DNA from: Acidipila sp.
GTDB taxonomy: Bacteria; Acidobacteriota; Terriglobia; Acidiferrales; UBA7541
DNA: 64,000 nucleotides
NCBI GenBank assembly: GCA_010365215.1
Contig: JAAFGT010000023.1
Coordinates: 30,613-94,612 of the forward strand
Reading direction: 5' to 3'
Within the stretch, counting starts at the first letter, position 1, and every line of letters begins with the position of its first letter. Of the stretch, positions 28,996 to 38,577 are shown piece after piece. A program made the translations under genes and the position numbers. The notes below the pieces were generated by a model that was given only the letters and a program-made list of their open reading frames with translations, made no database searches and was not told the origin of the DNA.

Positions 28996-29304
28996 TCAGT
29001 GCACGAATCCTACCGTCGGCTCCGGCCCTCCGCTGGGCGTATCTGGAATATTCCCGAATTGGGCTTCGTACCGGCTGATATTCTCCGCCATGGCGCGCAT
29101 CAATCGCTTGGCGTGCGCTGGGCTGACGATCACGCTGGCCAGCAACTTGCCCTGCGGAACGTTTGGAAATACATAAATGAAATTCAGGGAAAACTCTTCG
29201 GCATTGTGATGGATCATGACCAGATTGGAATAGAGACCCTGCAGCTCCTTTTCATCCGCCTTGATCTGGAGCTGAGTTTGTTGCGGTTTCGGCTGTTCGT
29301 CCAT
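28996..29304 (-). CDS. DUF3467 family protein
   Basis: 102 aa. LQGLYSNLVMIHHNAEEFSLNFIYVFP...VIVSPAHAKRL fits my memory of DUF3467. It sits directly upstream of the kinase on the same strand. Confidence 0.7.
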   Translation of the reverse strand: MDEQPKPQQTQLQIKADEKELQGLYSNLVMIHHNAEEFSLNFIYVFPNVPQGKLLASVIVSPAHAKRLMRAMAENISRYEAQFGNIPDTPSGGPEPTVGFVH

Positions 29305-29394
29305 CCTGCCTCCTTCGCGCTTCCCAATCTACGACTATAGCAGATGATACCCGTCCATCCCTTTCTCTGCAGGAAAAATCAGTACAAGGAAACC

Positions 29395-29422
29395 TTGACT
29401 ATCCACAAGCTTTAACTATAAT
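29395..29422 (+). promoter_or_regulatory. Near-consensus sigma-70-type promoter for mntH
   Basis: TTGACT (29395-29400), a 16-nt spacer, then TATAAT (29417-29422). It lies in an AT-rich gap 60 nt upstream of the mntH ATG. Confidence 0.6.
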
Positions 29423-29481
29423 TCATGACTGGTATTAAGCGAGGTTAATTCTTTTCGGAGAGCCTCCTCCCCCTATCGAAG

Positions 29482-30867
29482 ATGCCCCAAGCCGCCGAAG
29501 ACACTTCTACCGAACTCCCCGGCGCTCCGGCGAAACCAGATTCGGCGTGGCATTCCTCCGCTGGCCAGCCTTCATTGCCCGAAGTCCACCGCACCATTCC
29601 CGTGCATCGCGGCGGGTCGTTTTTCCGTAAACTGCTCGCCTTCGCAGGCCCCGGCTACTTGGTGGCGGTGGGTTACATGGATCCTGGAAATTGGGCCACA
29701 GACATTGCCGGCGGGGCGCAGTTCGGATACACGCTCCTAAGCGTGGTCTTTCTTAGCAACCTCATGGCTATGTTTCTTCAGGCCCTGAGCGCGAAGCTGG
29801 GAATCGCCACCGGCCGTGACCTGGCACAGGCCTGCCGCGACCACTACTCCAAGCGGGTCGCCGTGGGTCTGTGGCTGTTTAGTGAGATCGCCATCGCCGC
29901 GTGCGATCTGGCCGAGGTGCTGGGGTCGGCGATTGCCCTTCAGCTACTCTTCGGCCTGCCGCTTCTTGCCGGCGTGCTGATTACTTCCGGCGACGTTCTT
30001 CTTATCCTCGCGCTCCAGGGCCGCGGCTTCCGCTGGATAGAAGCGCTGGTCATCACCTTGATCGGCGTGATCTCGGCATGTTTCGCCTACGAGATTTTTT
30101 TTGCGCAACCGCTCTGGCACGACGCTGTCCGCGGCTTCTTGCCAACTCTGCAAGTCGTAAGCAATCCAGCCATGCTCTACATCGCCATCGGCATCATGGG
30201 TGCTACGGTGATGCCGCACAATTTATACCTGCATTCCAGCATCGTGCAGACCCGAGCGATTGGCCGCGGGGCAGACGACAAACGCGAAGCCATCAAGTTC
30301 GCTATCCTCGATTCCACCATCGCCCTGGGTCTCGCGCTTTTTATCAACGCGGCGATCCTGGTGCTGGGCGCTGCGGCGTTTCACAAGCGGGGCATGACCG
30401 GCGTTGCCGAGATATCCGACGCCTACAAGCTTCTCAGCCCGGTTCTCGGCGCGAGTTTTGCCAGCGTCCTGTTCGCGGTCGCGCTGCTCGCCTCCGGACA
30501 AAATTCCACGCTCACCGGTACGCTGGCCGGGCAGATCGTCATGGAAGGCTTTCTCCACATCCGCTTGTCACCCTGGTTGCGCCGGCTGATCACGCGGCTG
30601 ATCGCCATACTCCCCGCGGCACTGGTGATCGCCCTGATGGGAGAGAGCCAAGTCACCCGGCTCCTCGTTCTCAGCCAGGTAGTCCTGAGTTTCCAACTTC
30701 CGTTCGCCGTGGTGCCCCTGGTCCGCTTCACCGGCGACCGCAGCAAAATGGGCGAGTTCGTCAATCGTCCCTGGGTGGTCGGCCTCGCTTGGAGCATCGC
30801 CGCGGCCATCATTGTCCTCAACGCGGTTTTATTGTGGCAGTCAGTGCGTCTTCTGCTCTCCGTGTAA
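29482..30867 (+). CDS. mntH: Nramp-family divalent metal (Mn2+/Fe2+) transporter
   Basis: 461 aa. Has [23 protein letters not shown] and MPHNLYLHS (Nramp signatures). Confidence 0.9.
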   Translation: MPQAAEDTSTELPGAPAKPDSAWHSSAGQPSLPEVHRTIPVHRGGSFFRKLLAFAGPGYLVAVGYMDPGNWATDIAGGAQFGYTLLSVVFLSNLMAMFLQALSAKLGIATGRDLAQACRDHYSKRVAVGLWLFSEIAIAACDLAEVLGSAIALQLLFGLPLLAGVLITSGDVLLILALQGRGFRWIEALVITLIGVISACFAYEIFFAQPLWHDAVRGFLPTLQVVSNPAMLYIAIGIMGATVMPHNLYLHSSIVQTRAIGRGADDKREAIKFAILDSTIALGLALFINAAILVLGAAAFHKRGMTGVAEISDAYKLLSPVLGASFASVLFAVALLASGQNSTLTGTLAGQIVMEGFLHIRLSPWLRRLITRLIAILPAALVIALMGESQVTRLLVLSQVVLSFQLPFAVVPLVRFTGDRSKMGEFVNRPWVVGLAWSIAAAIIVLNAVLLWQSVRLLLSV

Positions 30868-30982
30868 TACCGCCCATACCACCACAACTTTTCAGGCGCT
30901 GTTTCTATTGTGAGAAGATAAGGAGTTCCAACGGAAACGAGAGGCATCAGGGGTTGCGAATCTTTGGGGGCAAAATAAATCT

Positions 30983-31474
30983 ATGAGCACTTCTATTTCT
31001 GTGAGGATGCAACTGGGGATGGCTGCAATTCTTCTCGCGGGGATGGGCCTGATCTGCCTCGGCGAAGACATCAAGGGCTGGGTGGTTCCCGACGACGCCA
31101 AAGCAGTGAAAAACCCTCTCGCGGCCACGCCCGAAGTGCTCGCCGCAGGCACTGCGCTTTACGTCGAGAAATGCGCAAACTGCCACGGCGATAAAGGCAA
31201 AGGTGACGGGCCGGAGGCGGAAATGTATGACACGCCTCCCAGCGATCTGACGCGCCCCGGCAGGTTCGACCAAATTACCGACGGCGAAATTTTCTGGAAA
31301 ATTTCCAAAGGGCGGCGGCCCATGCCCGGCTTTGCCAAGCAGCTCAGCGATGAGCAGCGCTGGCAACTGGTCCATTACACTCGCATGGTTGTGGCCCAAC
31401 CAGCGCCTAAGCCAGCGCCCGCTGCGGAGCCGGCAAAACCGGCGGCAAAGAAAGCGGCGCCGAAAAAGCCCTAG
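30983..31474 (+). CDS. c-type cytochrome (class I, monohaem), secreted
   Basis: Signal peptide, haem motif CANCHG, distal Met context GRRPMPGF, and an Ala/Pro/Lys-rich C-terminal tail. Confidence 0.8.
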   Translation: MSTSISVRMQLGMAAILLAGMGLICLGEDIKGWVVPDDAKAVKNPLAATPEVLAAGTALYVEKCANCHGDKGKGDGPEAEMYDTPPSDLTRPGRFDQITDGEIFWKISKGRRPMPGFAKQLSDEQRWQLVHYTRMVVAQPAPKPAPAAEPAKPAAKKAAPKKP

Positions 31475-31522
31475 CTCTCAACTTGCCTTAAAGATTTCCC
31501 GGAGCCGCCAGAGGAAGGAAAG

Positions 31523-31984
31523 CTATTTGACGTTGGCGAGCGCCGCGGCCACTTCGTTGACATCCGGCACGGTGGGAATATCGTACGTCTTCGCCCAACT
31601 GACCTTTCCTTGCTTGTCAATGATGAACGTAGAGCGCCCGGTAATTCCTTTTTCCGGCAGGTACACCCCGAATTTCTCCCCCACCGCGCCGCGAGGCTGA
31701 AAGTCAGCCAAAAGCGGATAGCCGATTTTCATTTTTTCGGCAAACGCCTTGTGCGACCACACGCTGTCTACGCTGATACCCAGCACCTGCGCGTCGAGCG
31801 ATTCAAATTTCTTCATATCGTTCACCATGCAGGCGTGCTCGTTGGAGCACACCGGGCTCCAGTCCAGCGGATAAAACAGCAACACGATATTTTTCTTTCC
31901 CTTGAAGTCCGCCAGCTTGACCTCCTGCTGGTTCTGATCCTTCAGCGCAAATTCCGGCGCGGGCTGTCCCACGGTAACGGCCAT
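31523..31984 (-). CDS. Peroxiredoxin (AhpC/TSA family, AhpE/Bcp-like)
   Basis: 153 aa. Has GQPAPEFAL...VLLFYPLDWSPVCSNE, which carries the peroxidatic Cys. Confidence 0.9.
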   Translation of the reverse strand: MAVTVGQPAPEFALKDQNQQEVKLADFKGKKNIVLLFYPLDWSPVCSNEHACMVNDMKKFESLDAQVLGISVDSVWSHKAFAEKMKIGYPLLADFQPRGAVGEKFGVYLPEKGITGRSTFIIDKQGKVSWAKTYDIPTVPDVNEVAAALANVK

Positions 31985-32149
31985 GATTCCTCCTTAAATA
32001 TAGGTGCGCGAGAAACCGGCAAAAGGTATGCTCGGCTTCTCGCGCACCGCAGCATCATAGCGAATCGAAGCGCCCATCGCAATTCGCCGGCTAGGCGGCC
32101 CCGGTCCCTGTACGCTACGGGTCTCGCCATCGATCGCCGGGCGCAGGTC

Positions 32150-32181
32150 GCCGTCATTCCGAGCGTAGCGAGGAATCTCTC
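32150..32181 (+). repeat. Dispersed 32-bp repeat, copy A (intergenic)
   Basis: GCCGTCATTCCGAGCGTAGCGAGGAATCTCTC differs at 2 positions from copies B and C. It contains the inverted pentamers ATTCC...GGAAT. Confidence 0.7.
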
Positions 32182-32209
32182 TTCGTCCCGGCTGCGAGCA
32201 ACAAAACAG

Positions 32210-32452
32210 ATGAACCTGCGCCAGATCGTCAACAAATACTTGGTCGCCGCCGGCGCTTTCGGCTGCCCTATTCTTCTCGCCTCCTTTGGACTTTCCCCCG
32301 AAGAAACCGAAAAACTCTTCAGCGCACTGGATGAGGACTATCAGATCAGCCGCTTCTTCCGCTTTAGTTACGGCGAGGGCCAGGCTTTCCATATCAACGG
32401 CATTCCCCAGACGCACCTCTCCATCGACGCCGCCATCGAGACGATTCTCTAA
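32210..32452 (+). CDS. Hypothetical small protein (80 aa)
   Basis: ATG 32210 gives MNLRQIVNKY... with strongly GC3-biased codons. No family recognised. It is convergent with pckG. Confidence 0.4.
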   Translation: MNLRQIVNKYLVAAGAFGCPILLASFGLSPEETEKLFSALDEDYQISRFFRFSYGEGQAFHINGIPQTHLSIDAAIETIL

Positions 32453-32458
32453 GCGTTG

Positions 32459-34219
32459 TTATTTACGGGGGGCCGTGCTGCGGCTCAAGCGCTGCTCCAG
32501 TTGCTGGTGTTCACTCCACAGCTCGCCGGGAAGCTGGCTGCCGAACTTTTCAAAGAATTTCTTCGTGCCGGCCATCTCTTCGGTCCAGTCCGCGGCATCC
32601 ACGCGCAACAGTTCTTCGACGGTCTGCTTCTCGATGCGCAGCCCCTCCAGCGTCAGGGCATTCGGCGCGGGCACAAATCCGATGGGCGTCTCCACCGCGC
32701 CGCCCCGGCCTGCGACTCTCTCCAGCATCCATTTCAGCACACGCACGTTTTCGCCATAGCCCGGCCACAAGAACTTTCCATCCGCGCCGCGCCGGAACCA
32801 GTTCACGTGGAACACGCGCGGCGGATGAGCAATGGTGCGCCCCATTTTCAGCCAGTGCCCGAAATACTCCGCCATGTTGTATCCGCAGAATGGCAGCATG
32901 GCCATGGGATCGCGCCGTGTAATGCCCACCGCGCCGGTGGCCGCGGCCGTGGTCTCCGAGGCCATCGTCGCGCCGACAAACACGCCGTGCTGCCAGTCAC
33001 GGGATTCGTAAACCAGCGGTGCGAGTCGCGCCCTTCGCCCGCCAAAGATAAACGCCGATATCGGCACGCCCTCCGCATCCTCCCAATGCGGCGAGATGCT
33101 CGACGCTTGCCGCGCCGGAACGGTGTAGCGCGAGTTGGGATGCGCTACCGGACCGTTGTCCTTTGTCGCCGCCTCCCCGCGCCAGTTGCGCGTTCCTGCG
33201 GGAGGGCCGTCTCCAATCCCCTCCCACCATGGCTCGTTTTCGGGCGTGATGCCCACGTTCGTGAAAATAGAATGTTTTCGCAGCGCCGCAATCACGTTGG
33301 GATTTGTGTTCTTGTTGGTTCCCGGGGCCACTCCGAAAAAGCCTGCTTCCGGATTGATGGCGTGCAGGTAGCCATCCGCCCCCACACGCATCCAAGCAAT
33401 GTCGTCGCCCACCGTCCACACGCGATAGCCGCTTTTTTCCAGCGCCGAAACCATCATGGCCAGGTTGGTCTTCCCGCACGCGCTGGGAAACGCCGCAGCC
33501 ATGTAGGTCACCTGACCCGACGGATCCTCGAGCCCCAGGATCAGCATGTGCTCAGCCATCCATCCCTGGTTGCGCGCCATGTAGCTGGCGATACGCAACG
33601 CAAAACATTTCTTTCCCAGCAGAGCGTTTCCGCCATATCCGGATCCCACACTCCAGATCAGTTTCTCCTCCGGAAAGTGCGCGATGAACCGGCGCTTGGG
33701 ATTGAGGTCGCCGAGCGAATGAAGGCCGGGAACAAAGTCGTCGGATTTGCCCAGGCGTTCCATAGCCACCTGCCCCATCCGCGTCATCACGCGCATGCTG
33801 GTTACCACGTAGGGGCTGTCAGTGATTTCCACTCCCACTTTGCTGGCCGGCGATGCGGCTGGACCCATCAGGTAGGGGATCACAAACATTGTGCGGCCCT
33901 TCATCGCCCCTTGTAATAGCGGGCCGATGCGTTGCCGGGCTTCCGCGGGGGAGAGCCAGTTATTCGTCGGGCCGGCATCGGCCTGGCTGGACGTACAGAT
34001 GAAAGTCACTTGCTCGGTTCTGGCGACGTCGCTGGGGTCGCTGCGGTGCAGGTAACAGTCCGGGTAAGTTTTGGGATTGAGCGGTAAAAAGGTGCCGTCG
34101 GCAAGAGACTGTGCTACCAGGCGCTCATGCTCTTGCTCGGATCCATCGCACCACACCACGCGCTCGGGCTTGGTCAGCCGCTCCGTCTCTTCCACCCATT
34201 TTTCCAACGGGGACGACAT
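32459..34219 (-). CDS. pckG: Phosphoenolpyruvate carboxykinase (GTP)
   Basis: 586 aa. Has the kinase-1a/P-loop segment FPSACGKTNLAMM, plus WMRVGADG and NWFR. Confidence 0.95.
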   Translation of the reverse strand: MSSPLEKWVEETERLTKPERVVWCDGSEQEHERLVAQSLADGTFLPLNPKTYPDCYLHRSDPSDVARTEQVTFICTSSQADAGPTNNWLSPAEARQRIGPLLQGAMKGRTMFVIPYLMGPAASPASKVGVEITDSPYVVTSMRVMTRMGQVAMERLGKSDDFVPGLHSLGDLNPKRRFIAHFPEEKLIWSVGSGYGGNALLGKKCFALRIASYMARNQGWMAEHMLILGLEDPSGQVTYMAAAFPSACGKTNLAMMVSALEKSGYRVWTVGDDIAWMRVGADGYLHAINPEAGFFGVAPGTNKNTNPNVIAALRKHSIFTNVGITPENEPWWEGIGDGPPAGTRNWRGEAATKDNGPVAHPNSRYTVPARQASSISPHWEDAEGVPISAFIFGGRRARLAPLVYESRDWQHGVFVGATMASETTAAATGAVGITRRDPMAMLPFCGYNMAEYFGHWLKMGRTIAHPPRVFHVNWFRRGADGKFLWPGYGENVRVLKWMLERVAGRGGAVETPIGFVPAPNALTLEGLRIEKQTVEELLRVDAADWTEEMAGTKKFFEKFGSQLPGELWSEHQQLEQRLSRSTAPRK

Positions 34220-34485
34220 GATCCTCCACTGCTGCCGGGTGCTGGTGAATCCAGGCGCTTGGTTATTTACCGTAAGAGCGAATTACTGCCACGCTCTATT
34301 TCATCGCGGTGGATCCAGAACGCCGGTAGTCGGACGAGCGCTTTGTTGCGCGGGCCATACGGGTTCGCGAAATGCTAGACTAGGCTACGGACGCGAGAAA
34401 ATCAAGGAAGCCTGCACGCCGCGCGGCAAAATCGGGGGCCCGGTGACGGTTTCCTTGCCTCAACAATGTATTCCAGAGAGCAGGG

Positions 34486-34746
34486 ATGTATTCCAGAAAA
34501 CTGATCGTCGAAGTCCTCATCGCCGGCGAGCGCCAGCCTTGCCCGCTCGATTGGCTGGACTCGTTCTGCATGCGTAATTTCACCGGCTCGGCGGAATTTG
34601 ATGACACCCTTCCTATGGGCGACGGGCTCCTCGAAGCTGGCCTGCGCGTCGATCCCGCGCGTTTAGCTTCCGCTCTGGGCGCCTGGTTGACCAAGCGCGG
34701 CAAGGGCGGCGGCAAGCCTGTTGCGGTGGAAATTCACCGGCAGTAA
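34486..34746 (+). CDS. Hypothetical small protein (86 aa)
   Basis: Coding-like codon bias and no family recognised. A competing antisense ORF lies at 34380-34715. Confidence 0.35.
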   Translation: MYSRKLIVEVLIAGERQPCPLDWLDSFCMRNFTGSAEFDDTLPMGDGLLEAGLRVDPARLASALGAWLTKRGKGGGKPVAVEIHRQ

Positions 34747-34752
34747 CGCGGT

Positions 34753-35673
34753 TTACGGGAGCGGCGAAGTGGGCGGCGCGAGCTTGAACTTAATCCCAGT
34801 CTTTTCGTCCACAGTAGGAAATCCTCGCGGAAGCATCAAGCTGCGAATCTTAGGCAGTGCGGCCCGCGCGGCCGCCTCGCCGGCAGCCACCAGTTCGCGT
34901 CCGCGATGGAAATCGTCCCACATAAACGAGCTTACGTCAGGCTCGATCACTACATCGCAACGATCGTAGATATCGCGCAGTGAATTATTTTGCATGATCG
35001 AAAATGACCGCCACAGAATCTCCACCATGTTCCGCGGCTTCTCCTTGGCTGTCCCCATGCCCAGATAGACGGCGATCACCACTTCGGCGCCTAGAACACG
35101 AGCGGCATCCACCGGCACCGGCGTCCCCACAAAACCGTCCACCAGCACATGCCCGTCGATTTCCACCGGCTCAAAAAGTCCCGGGTAAGCGCACGAGGCG
35201 CGCAGCGCCGGCCCGGTCTCGCCCTTGGTGAAATAGACGGAATGTCCGCTCAGCAAGTCCGTGGTGGCGATGGCCAGCGGAATTTTCAACTCCTCGATGC
35301 GCCGCTTTCCACAAAACTCATAGAGGTAACCTTCCAGCCGGTCATTCGAAGCCAGTCCGTATCGCGACAAATGCCATCGCGCGAAATCTCGAAACGTCGT
35401 TCTGCACGCCCGGTCGGCGATGGACTCGAGCGGCGCACCGCTGGCGTAGGTCGCGGCGATCAGCGCTCCCACGCTGATTCCGGCGATGCACGAAATGTGA
35501 ATTCCTTCCTGTTCCAGAACGCGCATCACTCCAACATGGGCCACCCCGCGCGCGAATCCTCCACCCAGCGCGAGACCCAATCGCGGAAGGCGCGTCACCG
35601 GCAGCGTCCGCGAATTTTCGAAATCGCGGACCCGCTTCACTCCTTCCTTCAACAGTTCTTTCCACATTGCCAT
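34753..35673 (-). CDS. Patatin-like phospholipase
   Basis: Has the GGGFARG oxyanion motif, the GISVGA nucleophile elbow (GxSxG) and a later DG(F) catalytic Asp region. Confidence 0.85.
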   Translation of the reverse strand: MAMWKELLKEGVKRVRDFENSRTLPVTRLPRLGLALGGGFARGVAHVGVMRVLEQEGIHISCIAGISVGALIAATYASGAPLESIADRACRTTFRDFARWHLSRYGLASNDRLEGYLYEFCGKRRIEELKIPLAIATTDLLSGHSVYFTKGETGPALRASCAYPGLFEPVEIDGHVLVDGFVGTPVPVDAARVLGAEVVIAVYLGMGTAKEKPRNMVEILWRSFSIMQNNSLRDIYDRCDVVIEPDVSSFMWDDFHRGRELVAAGEAAARAALPKIRSLMLPRGFPTVDEKTGIKFKLAPPTSPLP

Positions 35674-35903
35674 TTGCGAAGCCTTTTGGGCCGTAGTCCG
35701 GATATCAGCTGCCGCGCAACTACGCGAATCTTTATCCGGCGATGTTATCCCTCAGAGTTCTTGACTCTCAGAAGTAGCCGTCAGCGCTGACCCTTACTGT
35801 CATACACATTAGCCTTCTCGGCCGGTGCGCGCCATCCCCGTTGACCCGGCTGTGCGGCTTCTATAACCTCCTTGCCGACCGGTGTGCCCGCCCCACGGGA
35901 GGA

Positions 35904-38369
35904 ATGGCCATGAGTAAGATGATCGAAAGGGTGGCCGTGCTGGGTGCCGGTACCATGGGTGCGCGCATCGCCGCGCTTCTCGCCGGTGCCGGCGTCCCCT
36001 GCTTCCTCCTTGATATGGTACCCGCTGCATTGACTCCGGACGAACAGTCCAAGGGTCTTACTCTCGAGAATCCGGCGGTGCGCAACCGCATCGTCCTGGC
36101 GGGACTCGATGCCGCAAAAAAATCGAGCCCCGCCGCATTCTTCGTCGCCGATAACGCACGCCTTATCACTGCCGGAAATTTTGACGACAACCTCGCGTGG
36201 TGCGCCGAAGCGGACTGGATTATCGAAGTGGTGGCCGAGCGCCTGGAGATCAAGCGCAGCCTTCTCGAGCGCGTGGAAAAGCACCGCAAGCCCGGCACGC
36301 TGGTCACTACGAACACCTCCGGCCTGCCTATCCACCTGGTCGCCGAAGGGCGCAGCCAGGACTTCCGCCGCCACTGGGCGGGCACACACTTCTTCAATCC
36401 TCCGCGCTACATGAAGCTGGTGGAAATCATCCCTGGCCCGGACACCGATCCGTCTGTCGTCGCGCGTCTCGCTGAATTCTGCGACCTGCGTCTGGGCAAA
36501 GGCGTAGTCATCGCCAAGGACACTCCCAACTTTATCGCTAACCGCATCGGTACTTTCTCCATGCTCAACGTCCTGCGCCTGATGCAGGAGCTCGACATGA
36601 CCGTCGAGGAGGTCGATGCCTGTACCGGCCCCGCCGTCGGTTGGCCCAAATCTGCTACTTTCCGCACCGCGGACATTGTCGGCCTCGATGTCCTGGTCAA
36701 TGTGGTGAAAAATATTTATGACAACGCTACCGGAGACGAAATGCGCGACCGTTATCGCGTGCCGCCCCTGGTGGAAGCGATGCAAAAGCGCGGCTGGCTG
36801 GGCGAGAAGACCGGCGGGGGATTTTACAAGCGCATAAAGGGCAGCGAACCTCGCGAAATCCTCACGCTCGATTGGAAGAAGATGGAATACCGCGAGCGGC
36901 AGAAGGCCAAATTCGCGTCCATCGAAGCCGGCCGCTCCATCGACGATACTACCCAGCGTGTTCGCGAGTTGCTGGCGCCAGTCTTCGAAGGAAAAGGCGA
37001 CAAAGCCTCCAAGTTTTTGTGGGGCGCGATTTCCGAGATGTGCCTTTACGCCGCGCGGCGCATTCCTGAAATCGCCGACAACATCGTGGATATCGACCGC
37101 GCCATGCGCTGGGGCTTTGCCTGGGAGCTGGGACCCTTCCAGATATGGGACGCCGTGGGCGTCGAAAAAATGTCGCGCCAGCTTGAAAAGGAGGGTAAGG
37201 CGCTTCCTCCTCTCGTCTCCAGCCTGCTCGCTTCGGGCCGCAAATCGTTTTACAGCGCAGAGCAGGGCACGATCCGCTCGTTCGACTTGAAATCCCAGAA
37301 AGATGTCGAAGTCCCCGAACCTGCCGGCATCACTCTCCTCAAGAGTTTGCACGATCGCGGCAAAGTCGTGGACCACAATTCCGGAGCCAGCCTGTTGGAC
37401 TTGGGCGACGGCGTGATCTGTTGCGAATTCCACTCCAAGATGAACTCCATCGGCGGCGACACGGTGGCCATGCTTCATTCAGGCCTCAAGCGCTTGCGCA
37501 GCGATTTCGACTCCATGGTCATCGCCAATCAGGGCGCGCACTTTTCGGTGGGCGCCAACTTAATGATGCTTCTGATGTTTGCCCAGGACCAGGAATGGGA
37601 CGAAGTCGAACTCGCCGTACGGGGATTTCAGAATGTGAACATGGCGCTGAAATATGCACTTAAGCCCGTGGTCGCTGCTCCATTCGGCATGACGCTCGGG
37701 GGAGGCTGCGAAATCAGCCTGCACGCCGCGCGTGTCCAGGCAGCCGCGGAAACCTACATGGGCCTGGTCGAAGCGGGCGTAGGGCTGATTCCCGGTGGCA
37801 CCAAGGAGATGGTAATTCGCGCATTCGAGCACGCTGCTTCCGTCAGCCCTGCCGGCAGCGCCACTGGAAGTGAAGGTTCCGACCTTGACCTCTTCCACGC
37901 CCTCAAGCCTATTTTTGAAAACATTGCAACGGCCAGGGTCTCCACCAGCGCGGAAGAGGCGCGCACGCTCGGCTATCTGCGGCCCGCCGATGGCATCTCC
38001 ATGAATCGCGAACGCCAAATTTCGGACGCTAAGGCCGCAGCGCTCGCTCTAGTGCGAGCGGGTTACCACGCTCCCGCCGTCTCGCCCAAGCAGCCCTCGA
38101 TTCGCGTTCTGGGCGAGCAGTTCCTGCCGAGCGCGAAGCTCGCCGTTCACATGATGCTCCGCGGGGAATTCATCAGCGAGCACGACGCCGTGGTGGCGCG
38201 CAAACTCGCATACATTCTTGCCGGTGGCGCGCTCTCCGCGCCGCAACTGGTCAGCGAGCAGTACCTTCTGGACCTCGAGCGCGAGGCCTTCGTCAGCCTC
38301 TGCGGCGAGCGCAAGACTCTCGAGCGCATCGCGCACACCCTCAAAACCGGCAAACCGCTAAGGAATTGA
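35904..38369 (+). CDS. fadN: Bifunctional 3-hydroxyacyl-CoA dehydrogenase (N-terminal) / enoyl-CoA hydratase (C-terminal), FadN-type domain order
   Basis: Has the Rossmann motif VAVLGAGTMGARIA at the N-terminus and a C-terminal crotonase region FSVGANL...GMTLGGGCEISLHA. GGGAGGA lies just upstream of ATG 35904. Confidence 0.9.
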   Translation: MAMSKMIERVAVLGAGTMGARIAALLAGAGVPCFLLDMVPAALTPDEQSKGLTLENPAVRNRIVLAGLDAAKKSSPAAFFVADNARLITAGNFDDNLAWCAEADWIIEVVAERLEIKRSLLERVEKHRKPGTLVTTNTSGLPIHLVAEGRSQDFRRHWAGTHFFNPPRYMKLVEIIPGPDTDPSVVARLAEFCDLRLGKGVVIAKDTPNFIANRIGTFSMLNVLRLMQELDMTVEEVDACTGPAVGWPKSATFRTADIVGLDVLVNVVKNIYDNATGDEMRDRYRVPPLVEAMQKRGWLGEKTGGGFYKRIKGSEPREILTLDWKKMEYRERQKAKFASIEAGRSIDDTTQRVRELLAPVFEGKGDKASKFLWGAISEMCLYAARRIPEIADNIVDIDRAMRWGFAWELGPFQIWDAVGVEKMSRQLEKEGKALPPLVSSLLASGRKSFYSAEQGTIRSFDLKSQKDVEVPEPAGITLLKSLHDRGKVVDHNSGASLLDLGDGVICCEFHSKMNSIGGDTVAMLHSGLKRLRSDFDSMVIANQGAHFSVGANLMMLLMFAQDQEWDEVELAVRGFQNVNMALKYALKPVVAAPFGMTLGGGCEISLHAARVQAAAETYMGLVEAGVGLIPGGTKEMVIRAFEHAASVSPAGSATGSEGSDLDLFHALKPIFENIATARVSTSAEEARTLGYLRPADGISMNRERQISDAKAAALALVRAGYHAPAVSPKQPSIRVLGEQFLPSAKLAVHMMLRGEFISEHDAVVARKLAYILAGGALSAPQLVSEQYLLDLEREAFVSLCGERKTLERIAHTLKTGKPLRN

Positions 38370-38577
38370 AGCGCCGGTTTGGATACTGCTGCGTGCCAAT
38401 CGCATGCGCGGCCGGTAAATCTGGTGAAACCTATCTGAAAGCACTCGCGTATGGTACAAGTGGGCGCCGTCAAAGTCTGTGGCGCGCCGGTCTGTTCCGT
38501 GCCGGACTGTACCGCGCGCCGTCACGACGCGAATCGTTCTAGTTTCTCCGTTGAATTGATCGCTTGAGGGGTGTGTG

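Noticed and set aside
29423-29481. Possible Mn (yybP-ykoY-type) riboswitch ahead of mntH
   Set aside because: The leader after the predicted -10 box is only about 55 nt long. It shows none of the conserved four-way-junction sequence that I recall, so control at the promoter/operator is more plausible.
32456-33916. 486-aa ORF antisense to pckG. Similar antisense ORFs lie at 54520-55722, 40830-41999, 50026-50856 and 59974-60963.
   Set aside because: All are shadow ORFs opposite strongly supported genes. None has a recognisable domain, and all have Arg/Gly/His-rich junk composition.
35781-37478. 565-aa ORF antisense to fadN
   Set aside because: No recognisable motifs, and the composition is rich in Ala, Gly, Arg and Val. 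The opposite strand encodes a full-length, motif-rich FadN. Long antisense ORFs are expected in high-GC DNA.
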